Assembly (NCBI GenBank): GCA_018817165.1
Contig: JAHITY010000124.1
Span: 97,973-161,972, forward strand
Origin: Candidatus Omnitrophota bacterium
Lineage (GTDB): Bacteria; Omnitrophota; Gorgyraeia; B26-G9
Length of the DNA stretch: 64,000 nt
Direction of reading: 5' to 3'
The first letter of the stretch is position 1; every line of letters starts with the position of its first letter. Below the pieces are notes generated by a model, which was not told where the DNA came from, searched no databases, and saw only the letters and a list, made by a program, of their open reading frames with translations. Below, in pieces: positions 1-10,108 of this stretch. The translations under genes were made by a program, and so were the position numbers.

Positions 1-71
1 TTGGTTTTAAAAATAAAACTACGGTTTATAAAACTTTTTTATCCAAAGATACTCTGCTGTCTGACTCCTGG

Positions 72-1418
72 ATGGGCATATATTTTAATAGCTCACCGGT
101 GGGTTTTGTTCATAGCGCGATCGAGCCTTTTATGATTAAAAAAGGTAAAAGCGGCTATCGAATAACCAACCGAACCTTTATGAATTTTTTCATAATGCAA
201 AAACGCAATAAAGTCTGGTTTAATGCCCAGGCAATTGTCGACAATAATTATCAATTAGAAAACTTTAATTTTGAACTTAATTCCGGAATGCATACAGTCA
301 ATGTTTCTGGAGAAATGCTGGACAAGCAAACTCTGCAAGTGAAAATTGATTCTCAGGGAAATATTAGTGAGAAAAAAATTATTTTACCCAATAAACAGGG
401 TGTTTTAATTGCCAGCATTATCAGTCCGTTTACTTCATTCGGCTCACTTGAAGTGGGTAATAATTATAATCTCATGGTTTTTAATCCATTTAGTTTGAGT
501 CTTGAACCCTTGGAAGTCAGTGTGCTAAAGCAGGAAATTATCGCGCATGAAAATCAGGATATCGAGGTTTTTGTGGTAAAAAGTAAATATCGCGGCATTG
601 AACAGACTGCCTGGGTTAATAAAAATGGTGAGATTCTTAAGCAGGAAACAGGATTAGGCTGGGTATTGATCAAGGAAAGTCCTGAATCCGCTACTCGCGC
701 TTATGATGCGATTACAAAATCCGATATTGAGCTGACCCAGATGATCTCAATTGCCGCTAATATTGCTTTGCCCAATAAACTTTTAGAAGTACTGAATATT
801 AAGATAAAAAATTTACCTGATGATTTTGATATTAAAAGTCAACGCCAGAAAATTATCAATGATCAGGATAATATTAAGACCATCCAAATCCGCCAAGAAA
901 AGTTTAAGCCAGATAAGTGTTTAAACTTGCCGATCGCTGAATTTGCTGATTTAAAGCAAGCTTCAGTCTTTATTCAGGCTGATGCTCCTGAGATTAAAAC
1001 TTTGGCTGAAAAAATAATCAATAAAGAAACAAATAGTTATTGGGCAGCTGTAAAAATAAATGAATGGATGTTTAAAAATATTGCTAAAGTTCCGGTGGTC
1101 AGCATTCCCTCCGCAGTGGATGTCTTAAAAACTCGAGAAGGTGATTGTAATGAACACAGTGTTTTATTTGCTGCTTTGGCCAGGGCGGTGGGCATTCCTA
1201 CTAAAATTAATGTGGGACTGGTCTCGAGTAATGGCCGGTTTTATTATCATGCCTGGGTGAGTGTTTATACCGGTGTTTGGCTGGATATGGATCCGACTTT
1301 TGGTCAAAATATTGCCGATGCCGGACATATAAAATTGCTGGAAGGCGATATCAGCCGGCAATTGGATATAATTCAAGTTTTGGGAAAAATTGAGCTGGAG
1401 GTGATTAATTTTCAATGA
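72..1418 (+). CDS. transglutaminase-like cysteine protease domain protein (may extend upstream of window)
   Basis: C-terminal GDCNEHSVLFAALARAVGIP ... YHAWVSVY ... WLDMDPT matches the transglutaminase-like Cys/His/Asp core; 4-bp overlap with the downstream ABC ATPase. Confidence 0.6.
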   Translation: MGIYFNSSPVGFVHSAIEPFMIKKGKSGYRITNRTFMNFFIMQKRNKVWFNAQAIVDNNYQLENFNFELNSGMHTVNVSGEMLDKQTLQVKIDSQGNISEKKIILPNKQGVLIASIISPFTSFGSLEVGNNYNLMVFNPFSLSLEPLEVSVLKQEIIAHENQDIEVFVVKSKYRGIEQTAWVNKNGEILKQETGLGWVLIKESPESATRAYDAITKSDIELTQMISIAANIALPNKLLEVLNIKIKNLPDDFDIKSQRQKIINDQDNIKTIQIRQEKFKPDKCLNLPIAEFADLKQASVFIQADAPEIKTLAEKIINKETNSYWAAVKINEWMFKNIAKVPVVSIPSAVDVLKTREGDCNEHSVLFAALARAVGIPTKINVGLVSSNGRFYYHAWVSVYTGVWLDMDPTFGQNIADAGHIKLLEGDISRQLDIIQVLGKIELEVINFQ

Positions 1419-2158
1419 TTAAGATCGAGAATTTAAGTAAACAATTTGGTAAACTCATGGCTGTGGATAATTTAAATCTAGAAATACCTCAAGGAGAGTT
1501 TTTTGCTTTTCTTGGGCCAAATGCCGCGGGTAAAACAACTACAATTAAATTATTGATCGGGCTATTAAAGCCGACAACAGGTACGGCTTATATCTGCGGC
1601 CACAATATTCAGACGGATTACATTAAAGCCAAAGCTTTGATCAGTTATATTCCGGATTTCCCTTTTCTTTATGATAAGCTTACGGGAGTGGAATTTCTTG
1701 ATTTTGTAATGAAATTGTATCCGCAATCAAATCGAAAAAAACAACTCAAGCTAATGGATGAATTATTAGCGGCTTTTGGTCTAGCTGATGCCAAAAATAA
1801 TTTGATTGAGTACTATTCTCATGGGATGCGTCAGAAACTCGTATTTGCCAGCGCATTGTTGCATGAGCCTCAGGTTATGGTAATTGACGAACCTATGGTC
1901 GGGCTTGACCCGCATTCAAGCCGAGTGGTCAAGGATATTTTAAAGCAAAAAGCGCGACAAGGCGTGACTATTTTTTTGTCGACCCATACTTTAAGTGTAG
2001 CTGAAGAACTGGCAGACCGGATCGGAATAATTGATAAAGGGAAATTGCTGGCTTTGGGTAGTCTGGATCAGCTCAGTCGTTCATCGGGAGTAACCGGAAA
2101 GCTTGAAGATGTTTTTTTAAGGATAACCCAAGAAGAGCCGATTAATGGAAATACTTAA
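1415..2158 (+). CDS. ABC transporter ATP-binding protein
   Basis: Walker A GPNAAGKTT, ABC signature YSHGMRQKL, Walker B VMVIDEP; ATGA overlap with the upstream gene. Confidence 0.85.
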   Translation: MIKIENLSKQFGKLMAVDNLNLEIPQGEFFAFLGPNAAGKTTTIKLLIGLLKPTTGTAYICGHNIQTDYIKAKALISYIPDFPFLYDKLTGVEFLDFVMKLYPQSNRKKQLKLMDELLAAFGLADAKNNLIEYYSHGMRQKLVFASALLHEPQVMVIDEPMVGLDPHSSRVVKDILKQKARQGVTIFLSTHTLSVAEELADRIGIIDKGKLLALGSLDQLSRSSGVTGKLEDVFLRITQEEPINGNT

Positions 2159-3824
2159 AAATATCTATACAGCGAGAATTCAGGTTTTAAATAATAAAAT
2201 CCGCGGGATCAGTCAACATTCAAAACTAAAAATATTTGTCGTGGGATTTATGGCAATTGGTTTATTTTGGTTAATGTTTTTTGTTCCTTTCAGAGCTTTT
2301 TTATTTCTTGAGTCATTGGGCAGTCTGGGCTTGGTGATTATTGATCGGCTTTTATTTTTACTGTTTATGGGTTTGTTTGTAATGCTGATTTTCTCAAATT
2401 GTATTATCAGTTATTCTAGTGCTTATAAAGCGCGGGAAACTGTTTATTTTTTTACCCTGCCTCTGGAATATACGGAAATTTATTTTGTCAAATTAATTGA
2501 TTCGATTATTCTCAGTTCCTGGACATTCTTGTGTTTTCTTTTGCCGATTTTAGGAGCTTATGCCGCAGTCAGGGATTTGGGATTAATTTTTTATCTGAGT
2601 TTGCTGATATTTTTCATTCCGTTCGCGGTTATTGCCGGTGCTTGGGGATGTTTGCTTACTATGTTGGCGATTAAGTTTATTCCTAAACAAGCAGTAAAAT
2701 ATTTTATCTGGATACTGGTCTTGCTGTTTATTGCCGGCTGTGTGGGACTTATCTTGACTGGTAAAGCAGCCGCGGACAAGGAAAATGAAGTCATGTTTTT
2801 GCTGACCAATTTTATTCCTCATTTTGGTTTTACGCAATGCGCTTTTTTGCCTAATTTCTGGATCAGCACTGGTTTATTGAACATAATCTCAGCTGACTAT
2901 AAGCAGAGTCTATTCTGGTGGTTACTATTGATCAGTAATGGTTTGTTTTTTAGCTATATTGCTGTGCTTGTTTCAAAATTAATTTACTATGATAGTTGGG
3001 CGAATACTCGGTTTCAGGGGATACGTAAAACATATACGATCAGTAACAGTAAACTGGAAAAAATATTTGGCGGACTTAAATTTGTTTGTTTGCCGATCAG
3101 GGCGATGATTATAAAAGATATCCGGGTCTTTATCCGTGATCCTTTGCAGTGGTCGCAGTTTACGATATTTTTTGGTTTGCTTGCTATCTATTTCATCAAT
3201 ATCCGCAATCTGGGCTATCAGAATCTTTTGCCTTTTTGGAAAAATATTATCAGCTTTCTTAATCTGGCATCAACTAATTTAACTTTGGCTTCTTTGTCAG
3301 TGCGATTTGTTTTTCCTCAGCTTAGCTTGGAAGGTAAGCGGTTTTGGATTCTGGGCTTGGCTCCGGTAGCTAAGAAAACGCTTTTACTGGAAAAATTTTG
3401 GCTGAATAGCTTGATTGCTTTGTGCATAAGTTTGCCTTTAATATCGATTTCCAATTATATGCTTAATGTTTCAAGCCTCGTAAGCATATTATCGGGAATT
3501 ATGGTTTTGCTTATGTCGTTTTCCTTGATCAGTATCTGTATTGGATTAGGCGCCTTGTTTCCTGATTTTAAAGAAGATAATCCCGCCGCGATTGTTTCTG
3601 GTTTTGGCGGAACATTGGCTTTAGTTTTAACTTTAATCTATATTGCGGTTAATGTTAGTGCCTTAGCAATTCCATTTCATTTACTTGTTACCCAGCAGAT
3701 CAGTCAGGCTTATTTTGATAAATTAATCATTGCGGCAGTATTGTTTATCGTGATCTTAGGATTAAGCACAATCTTCGGATTTTTATCAGCTGGCGGTAAA
3801 GCGCTTGAGCGGCTGGAGATCTAA
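2145..3824 (+). CDS. polytopic membrane protein, putative ABC-2-type exporter permease
   Basis: 559 aa, many hydrophobic helices, translationally coupled to the ABC ATPase. Confidence 0.5.
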   Translation: MEILKNIYTARIQVLNNKIRGISQHSKLKIFVVGFMAIGLFWLMFFVPFRAFLFLESLGSLGLVIIDRLLFLLFMGLFVMLIFSNCIISYSSAYKARETVYFFTLPLEYTEIYFVKLIDSIILSSWTFLCFLLPILGAYAAVRDLGLIFYLSLLIFFIPFAVIAGAWGCLLTMLAIKFIPKQAVKYFIWILVLLFIAGCVGLILTGKAAADKENEVMFLLTNFIPHFGFTQCAFLPNFWISTGLLNIISADYKQSLFWWLLLISNGLFFSYIAVLVSKLIYYDSWANTRFQGIRKTYTISNSKLEKIFGGLKFVCLPIRAMIIKDIRVFIRDPLQWSQFTIFFGLLAIYFINIRNLGYQNLLPFWKNIISFLNLASTNLTLASLSVRFVFPQLSLEGKRFWILGLAPVAKKTLLLEKFWLNSLIALCISLPLISISNYMLNVSSLVSILSGIMVLLMSFSLISICIGLGALFPDFKEDNPAAIVSGFGGTLALVLTLIYIAVNVSALAIPFHLLVTQQISQAYFDKLIIAAVLFIVILGLSTIFGFLSAGGKALERLEI

Positions 3825-3857
3825 AAAGGACAAGGGGCAAGTTTGTAAAGTCGCAAT

Positions 3858-3950
3858 GTAGGGGCCGTGCTTGTCTCGGCCCGTAATAATATAAATTATT
3901 AAAATCGGTTAAATAATTGATAATCGGGCGCCGGCAAGCAGCGCCCCTAC
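3858..3950. repeat. pair of inverted REP-like elements (GTAGGGGC(C/G)-N7-CTTG-N6-GSCCYG)
   Basis: 3858-3883 gtaggggccgtgcttgtctcggcccg; 3926-3950 is its reverse-complement copy (gggcgccggcaagcagcgcccctac); same motif at 47548, 48736 and 48888. Confidence 0.6.
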
Positions 3951-3980
3951 GATTAGCTTTTTCTGGTCTCTGTTTTTGAC

Positions 3981-4001
3981 CATCAGCCATCAGCTATCAG
4001 C
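3981..4001. repeat. tandem heptamer array catcagc-catcagc-tatcagc
   Basis: 3 x 7-bp direct repeats; reverse complement GCTGATN matches the AGCTNAT-type arrays elsewhere in the window. Confidence 0.5.
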
Positions 4002-4132
4002 AAAGCAGGCTTTTCATGCTTTCTGTTTGATTTATCCTGCAGATATGATAAAATAAATGATTAGTTTGAACGGTAGTATATGATGTTTAAATAATTAGGG
4101 GTTTTTAGATCATATATTTTTAAGGGGGTTTG

Positions 4133-4495
4133 ATGACTGATTATAATGAAAAAAGAAGATATCTGCGCATGGGAGCTTTTTTAGACGGTACTTTTCAAAC
4201 TGAAGATGCTAAAAACGGTTTAGTAATGTTGATGAACTTTAATCGAGAAGGTTTGAAAGCTGCGCTGAATCGAAATATTCCTGTAGGGCAGTTGTTAAAA
4301 TTAGAAATTTGGATCCCTGGTTCAATAATTCCGATATTCGCTAAAGGTGAGGTTGTTTGGATCAGAAAAAGTGCGCAGGACTGGACTTATAATTATGATG
4401 CTGGATTAAGAATTAATGAAATTGGCCAGGATGACAGGCAAAGAATTTTAGATTATGCCTATGAGAATTGGCGCCATTCAAGGGGAAAAGTATGA
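4133..4495 (+). CDS. PilZ-domain protein (putative c-di-GMP binding)
   Basis: RRYLR ... NFNREG resembles the PilZ RxxxR / DxSxGG motifs; SD aaggggg 4 nt upstream of the ATG; stop overlaps the pyk start (ATGA). Confidence 0.4.
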   Translation: MTDYNEKRRYLRMGAFLDGTFQTEDAKNGLVMLMNFNREGLKAALNRNIPVGQLLKLEIWIPGSIIPIFAKGEVVWIRKSAQDWTYNYDAGLRINEIGQDDRQRILDYAYENWRHSRGKV

Positions 4496-5913
4496 GAGAA
4501 TATTGGAACAGCACTAAGGTAATCTGTACAATCGGTCCGGCTTGCAACAGCCGAAAGGTAATCAAGGAATTAATTCTCGCGGGAATGGATATTGCCAGGT
4601 TTAATTTTTCGCATGGCAAGCCAGCGGATCATGTTAAATATATTAAACTGGTAAAAGCAGTTGCTCAGGAACTTAAATCTCCGGTAGCGATCTTACAGGA
4701 TCTTCCCGGTCCAAAAATCAGGCTGGGAGAGTTAAGTGCCGAATCAATTTATTTGAATCAGGGGCAAATATTTACGCTAACCAGTAAAAAAGTTATTGGG
4801 ACTAATTTGGAAGTATGTGTTAATCATAGTGCTTTTATCAAGGAACTGAAAAAAAATAATATTGTTTATCTTAATGACGGCTTAGTAAAACTGCAGGTGA
4901 TTTCCAAAACTCCCGAAAAAGCAGTTTGTTCGGTTTTGCTTGGCGGCCGGATATATCCGCGTAAAGGAGTCAGCTGTCCAAGTCAGTTTTTTAAAATGAG
5001 CTCAGTTACTCCTTATGACTTAAAATGTTTGAAATACGGCATTGAAGCTGGAGTTGATTTTGTCGCGGTGTCTTTTGTCCAGCAGGCAAAAGATATTATA
5101 AAAGCAAAAAATTATCTAAATAAAAGAAAAAAACAAATTTCGGTTGTGGCAAAAATAGAGCGCAAAGTCGCTTTTCAGGACATTGATAATATTATTAATG
5201 TCAGTGACGTGATTATGGTAGCGCGGGGAGATCTGGGAATTGAGGCTGATTTGGAAGATGTGCCTTTTCTTCAAAAAGAAATTATTAGAAAATGCAATGC
5301 TGTGGGTAAACCGGTTATTACCGCAACCCAGATGCTCGAATCAATGGTCGTCAGTCCTCAGCCAACCCGGGCGGAAGTTACTGATGTGGCCAATGCGATT
5401 CTTGACGGGACTGATGCATTGATGCTTTCAGAAGAAACCGCGGTGGGTAAATATCCGGTGCAGACGCTTAAGATGATGCTGAAAATTGCCAACCGGGCAG
5501 AGGAAAAACTTTGTCTAAAACAAAAAGAATTAAGTTTAGCGGAACCAGACGCGGAAAATTTAGTCAGTGCTTTTAGCCGGGCAGCAGTGAATATTTCCAA
5601 CAAGATAAAAGCCAAAGCGATTATTGCCCCTACGCATAGCGCTCAAGCAATATCCTGGCTGAGCCGCTGCCGGCCGCAAGCTAAGATTGTCGGCGTGACC
5701 ACTGATCCGAAGGTGCTCAAACAAATGATTATGTATTGGGGAGTATATCCTTTATTAATGCCTAGGTTTGCTAAACTGGGGCAAACGCTGGATGATTGTA
5801 TTAAACTAGCGAAAAAAAACAGATTAGTGAATATCAAGGATAATGTGCTGGTAATGCTTACCGAAGATAATAAGGTTTTTTGTTCAAATATAATGGAAGT
5901 CCGCAGGATTTAG
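4492..5913 (+). CDS. pyk: pyruvate kinase
   Basis: TKVICTIGPAC ... IARFNFSHG ... MVARGDLGIE are classic pyruvate kinase motifs. Confidence 0.85.
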   Translation: MREYWNSTKVICTIGPACNSRKVIKELILAGMDIARFNFSHGKPADHVKYIKLVKAVAQELKSPVAILQDLPGPKIRLGELSAESIYLNQGQIFTLTSKKVIGTNLEVCVNHSAFIKELKKNNIVYLNDGLVKLQVISKTPEKAVCSVLLGGRIYPRKGVSCPSQFFKMSSVTPYDLKCLKYGIEAGVDFVAVSFVQQAKDIIKAKNYLNKRKKQISVVAKIERKVAFQDIDNIINVSDVIMVARGDLGIEADLEDVPFLQKEIIRKCNAVGKPVITATQMLESMVVSPQPTRAEVTDVANAILDGTDALMLSEETAVGKYPVQTLKMMLKIANRAEEKLCLKQKELSLAEPDAENLVSAFSRAAVNISNKIKAKAIIAPTHSAQAISWLSRCRPQAKIVGVTTDPKVLKQMIMYWGVYPLLMPRFAKLGQTLDDCIKLAKKNRLVNIKDNVLVMLTEDNKVFCSNIMEVRRI

Positions 5914-5940
5914 CAACCAAGAAAAAGAGAGAATATTGAA

Positions 5941-7200
5941 ATGAAATTGAATAGATATCTGATAGGGTTTTTTACAACTTGTTTAACTTTGTGTAATGTT
6001 TTAACTGCTTTTGCGGAAAATCAAATACCGGTGATAGTATCAGTATCTCCACAGTATGGGCAAACTGATGTTAGTACTGATTCCGCGATCAAGATAGCCT
6101 TTAATACTCGAATGGATAAAAAAGCTGTGAGCAAAAGCTTTAATATATATCCGGAAATAAGAGGTAAAACTATTTGGGATAATAATACTTTGGTTTTTAC
6201 GCCAAATAATCCCTTGCTGGCTTCAACTTCATATTTTGTTACTTTTACCCCAGATGTAAAATCAAAGGACGGAGTTCCTTTGGCAATAACTTATTTTTCC
6301 ACACCAGCGCAAGGAGTATGTGTTGGTCCAAAGGGGAATATTAATGTTATTAGCATAAATGGAGATGTAAAAGAACTAGATGCGAAGGGAGCGCATCCGG
6401 TTTGGGCACAGGATAATACCCTGATTATTTATGATTATCAAGGGCAGCTTTGGAAAATAGATACAAATGGGCAAACTAATGAAAACCTAGTGGAAAAAGA
6501 TCCGATTTATAATGCTTCTTTCGCGGAATCAAATCCTTTGCTTGACCTGGTTGCTTTCATCGGGACTAATGATGCTGAATGTTCGAATATTTATATTGTT
6601 GATTTAAAAACCAAGATAGTCCGTCAACTAACAGCTTTTTTTGAGCCTAATAAAATCGAATACCTGAATTGGTCGGCAGATGGTTTATACCTAGCTTTTC
6701 TAAGAGCTGGACAGATTTGGATAATGAATCAGGATGGTAAAGATCTGCGTAAGCTTACTACTGATGGACTGGCATGCAAAGGAAATTTTGCCTGGTCACC
6801 CGGGGGCACAAAGATTGCTTTTTCCGGTGAAAAAAATATTTGGGTGGGGGATATCTATTCTTTAGAAATTAAGAGATTGTCTTTTGATAATCCAAAAACC
6901 GGAATTCTTGCCTGGTCGGTTAATAATAAAATCGCTTTTGAAACAGAGGGAATTACGGTTATGAATGCTGATGGCAGTGATGAAATTCAGATTCCAACTG
7001 CTGCCAGAAGACCGGAATGGATCAATGAAGGCAAAACATTCAGTTTAGTTTTACCTTTGCACAATAAGGAAAACACAGCGCAGCTGTGGATAATGAGCGC
7101 GGATGGAAAAACTAAACAGAAAATAGCGGATATTGCTGATGAATTTACTAATATTTCCTGGTCTAAAAATATTGGTTTTTGGAATTTATTTTCGCCGTAA
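5941..7200 (+). CDS. secreted protein with Ig-like (SbsA-type) domain and TolB-like/PD40 beta-propeller repeats
   Basis: N-terminal signal peptide; IPVIVSVSPQYGQTDV Big-like segment; repeated WSPGG/WSADG PD40-like units. Confidence 0.5.
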   Translation: MKLNRYLIGFFTTCLTLCNVLTAFAENQIPVIVSVSPQYGQTDVSTDSAIKIAFNTRMDKKAVSKSFNIYPEIRGKTIWDNNTLVFTPNNPLLASTSYFVTFTPDVKSKDGVPLAITYFSTPAQGVCVGPKGNINVISINGDVKELDAKGAHPVWAQDNTLIIYDYQGQLWKIDTNGQTNENLVEKDPIYNASFAESNPLLDLVAFIGTNDAECSNIYIVDLKTKIVRQLTAFFEPNKIEYLNWSADGLYLAFLRAGQIWIMNQDGKDLRKLTTDGLACKGNFAWSPGGTKIAFSGEKNIWVGDIYSLEIKRLSFDNPKTGILAWSVNNKIAFETEGITVMNADGSDEIQIPTAARRPEWINEGKTFSLVLPLHNKENTAQLWIMSADGKTKQKIADIADEFTNISWSKNIGFWNLFSP

Positions 7201-8604
7201 ATGAGCAGCGGGAATTTTCAAGGCATTGCGGTATTTGGTTACGGTTCTCCGAGAAATCGGCATTCCTTTTTCGATGAGTAAACCGACAATATCCTGATCA
7301 CTTAAAGGCTTATTTTCCGGTTCTGTTTTTACTAATTCGTCAATCGTTGCTTTAATGTTTTGATTAGACATTGAGCCCTGTTCAGTGCTGATTGCTTGAG
7401 AAAAGAATTTTTTTAAAGCAAAAGTTCCATAGGGAGTTTGCATATATTTATTCGCCACGGTCCTGCTGATTGTTGATGGATGGACTTCCAGTTTTTCCGC
7501 GATTTCTTTTAATGTCAATGGCTTTAGATTAGAAATTCCTTTTTCAATAAAATCCTGCTGATATTCAATAATACATTTTGATACACGTTCAAGCGTTTGC
7601 TCTCTTTGGCTTAAACCATTGATTAAATTTTGCGCGTTCTGCAGCTTTTCCCGGATAAACTCCAATGCCGCTTTTTCGCATTTTTTTTCTTTGAGCATTT
7701 TTTTGTAAAGCTGACTGATGGAAAGCTTGGGTAAATTTTTAGAATTGATGATCACTTCGTATTTATCTTCCGCTTTTTCTAAGATAACATCAGGGACAAT
7801 GCTCAGGGCTTCAGCGGCAAAGCTGCGGCATGGTTTAGGATCAAGCGCACTAATTCTTTGGGCATATTTTTTAACTTGAGGTAGGGGCAGTTTTAATTCA
7901 CTGCTGATTAGGGTATATTTTTTCGCTGCTAATTCCTTTAAGTAATTTTTTACAATCTCAGCTTCAATTGAATTTTCCCTGCTCTGGCGTTTTAGCTGGA
8001 GGAGCAGACATTCTCTTAAATCTCTGGCGCCAATCCCCGCGGGCTCAAGACCTTGAATGACATCCAGCACTTGATGGACTTTAGCTAAATCAAAATTATT
8101 TGTCCGGGAGATTTCTTCAACACTGGCCACTAAATAACCGTTTTCCGCGATATTGCCGATTATTTGCTCAGCGATTAATAAATCGTCCTCATTTTCTGAC
8201 ATGATCCGAAACTGCTGCATTAATTCATCTTGCATTGATGAATTATTTGTAATCATTGTCTCCTGAAAATTATGTTTTTCAATTGATTGCGAGATCTTTC
8301 CACGATCAAAAAAATCAGAAAACCAGACATTATCATTGTCCAGCCAATCCGGCTCAAGGCTAATATTCTCCTGATCGCGAATTTTAGGCATTTCTTCCGG
8401 AGGACTTTCAATGACTTCTTTATTTGTATCGCTGGGCTCTTGCAGCGAAGTGTCTTCTAATACAGGGTTTACAGCCATTTCTTCAGCGATTAACTGATCT
8501 AGCTCAACAACATTTAACTGCAAAATATGCATAGACTGCTGCATTTTTGCAGACATGATCATTTTTTGGACTTGTTTTTGAAATAGTTTCTGTTGTAATG
8601 CCAT
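7186..8604 (-). CDS. rpoN: RNA polymerase sigma-54 factor
   Basis: N-terminal LQQKLFQKQ...QLNVVEL glutamine-rich region and C-terminal RpoN box ISRRTVTKYR. Confidence 0.9.
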   Translation of the reverse strand: MALQQKLFQKQVQKMIMSAKMQQSMHILQLNVVELDQLIAEEMAVNPVLEDTSLQEPSDTNKEVIESPPEEMPKIRDQENISLEPDWLDNDNVWFSDFFDRGKISQSIEKHNFQETMITNNSSMQDELMQQFRIMSENEDDLLIAEQIIGNIAENGYLVASVEEISRTNNFDLAKVHQVLDVIQGLEPAGIGARDLRECLLLQLKRQSRENSIEAEIVKNYLKELAAKKYTLISSELKLPLPQVKKYAQRISALDPKPCRSFAAEALSIVPDVILEKAEDKYEVIINSKNLPKLSISQLYKKMLKEKKCEKAALEFIREKLQNAQNLINGLSQREQTLERVSKCIIEYQQDFIEKGISNLKPLTLKEIAEKLEVHPSTISRTVANKYMQTPYGTFALKKFFSQAISTEQGSMSNQNIKATIDELVKTEPENKPLSDQDIVGLLIEKGMPISRRTVTKYRNALKIPAAHLRRK

Positions 8605-8668
8605 AATTCCTCCTAATTAATTATATATTAACTTATTGTTTTAATCAAGTTACGTTTGTAAACAAAAT

Positions 8669-8698
8669 TTGAACCAGAAATAGAATTATGCTATACTA
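8669..8698 (+). promoter_or_regulatory. putative sigma-70 promoter (TTGAAC-N18-TATACT) directly upstream of the rSAM gene
   Basis: -10 ends 8 bp before the ATG at 8706 and no SD is evident; possibly a leaderless transcript. Confidence 0.3.
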
Positions 8699-8705
8699 GA
8701 CCAAA

Positions 8706-10088
8706 ATGAAAAAAATATTGCTTTTAAATCCTCCAGGCAGTCGAAAATTTCTTCGGGATCAGTATTGCAGCTCAGCAACAAAGGCGGATTATTATTGGCC
8801 GGCTGTGGATTTGCTGGTTTTGAGTGGAATTTTGTCTGATCATTTTGAATTGGAGGTTTTGGATGCTATTGCTCTAAATGCAGATAAGAAAACAACAATT
8901 GAAAAGATTCTCAGCGGTTCATATGATGCTTTGATAAGCCTTAGTTCTAGCGCAAGCATGGATGAAGATTTTGCGCTTTTTGAAACAATCAAAGCGAAGA
9001 GTAATATAATTATTATTATAAATGCGGGGTTTTCGCGAGATGATCCTAAAAAATATCTTGAAGAGCATGATTTTATTGATGCGATAATTATGGATTATAT
9101 AAAATTAGGGATTGTTGATTATTTGCAGGCTAAGCCAGGACCATATCAAGGCCTTGGCTATAAGTCAAATAAGCAGATTATTGGCCAAGACAGTGATCTT
9201 GAGCAAAACACTAGCTTTTCTTATCCAGTGCCCAGACATGATCTTTTTGCTTTAAAAAATTATTATTTGCCCCAAGCTAGAAAATTACCTTTTAGCTGTT
9301 GCTTGATCTCATATGGCTGTAAATATGGGTGTACTTATTGTTCAAGTGGTTCAATTGGCTTTAAATTAAGAGATATTGATAATATTATGCTTGAGCTAAA
9401 AGCAATCAAAGCTTTAGGCATATCGGAAGTTCATTTTCCGGATTTCACTTTTACAGCGGATATGACCCATGCGAGAAAGCTTTGTCAAGCGATGATTGAT
9501 CAAGGCCTTGAACTTAGCTGGGACTGCCTAACTCGAGTTGATTGTTTTGATATGGCTACGGCATTGCTGCTGAAAAAAGCCGGAGCGCATACAATTCAGT
9601 TTGGAATTGAGACACAGAATGAGCAATTGCTGAAAAAAATGGGAAAGCCCATCAGCAATGAGCAGGTTAAACGCTGTTTTGCCATATGTAAGCAGGTTGG
9701 TTTGGAAACAATCGGCTTTTTTATCATTGGCTTACCGGGAGAAGATGCTAAAAGCATTAAAAAGAGCATTGATTTTGCTTGCGAGCTTGATTGTGATTAC
9801 GCGGCTTTTTCGATTTATGTTCCGGATCATGGTTCTCTGCTGCGCAAACAATTGGAAACGATTGATCCTTTAATTGCCAATATTAAAAACTTTGACCGAA
9901 CAATGTATCCGGTTATTGATAATCTGATTGTAAGTAGAAGAGTGATTTGGCAGTTGCGTAATTATGCGCTGAAAAAGTTTTATTTGCGGCCTAGCTATAT
10001 TTGGCGGCAGATTAAAAAAATAAATAGTCTTGAAAAAATAAAATCAGTTGGTAAAATAAGTTATTCATTAATCAAAGGGATCATATAG
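8706..10088 (+). CDS. B12-binding domain radical SAM protein (class B rSAM)
   Basis: N-terminal Rossmann-like B12-binding region; CxxxCxxC cluster GCKYGCTYC. Confidence 0.8.
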   Translation: MKKILLLNPPGSRKFLRDQYCSSATKADYYWPAVDLLVLSGILSDHFELEVLDAIALNADKKTTIEKILSGSYDALISLSSSASMDEDFALFETIKAKSNIIIIINAGFSRDDPKKYLEEHDFIDAIIMDYIKLGIVDYLQAKPGPYQGLGYKSNKQIIGQDSDLEQNTSFSYPVPRHDLFALKNYYLPQARKLPFSCCLISYGCKYGCTYCSSGSIGFKLRDIDNIMLELKAIKALGISEVHFPDFTFTADMTHARKLCQAMIDQGLELSWDCLTRVDCFDMATALLLKKAGAHTIQFGIETQNEQLLKKMGKPISNEQVKRCFAICKQVGLETIGFFIIGLPGEDAKSIKKSIDFACELDCDYAAFSIYVPDHGSLLRKQLETIDPLIANIKNFDRTMYPVIDNLIVSRRVIWQLRNYALKKFYLRPSYIWRQIKKINSLEKIKSVGKISYSLIKGII

Positions 10089-10108
10089 CTTTATGGAGTA
10101 TAAATAAT

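Noticed and set aside
3745-3990. 81-aa minus-strand ORF rich in Arg/Pro
   Set aside because: Spans the inverted REP pair; the GC-rich repeats create an open frame by chance; overlaps the end of the permease gene
5240-5837. Several 60-85-aa ORFs inside pyk on both strands
   Set aside because: Embedded within a well-supported conserved CDS; no independent signals
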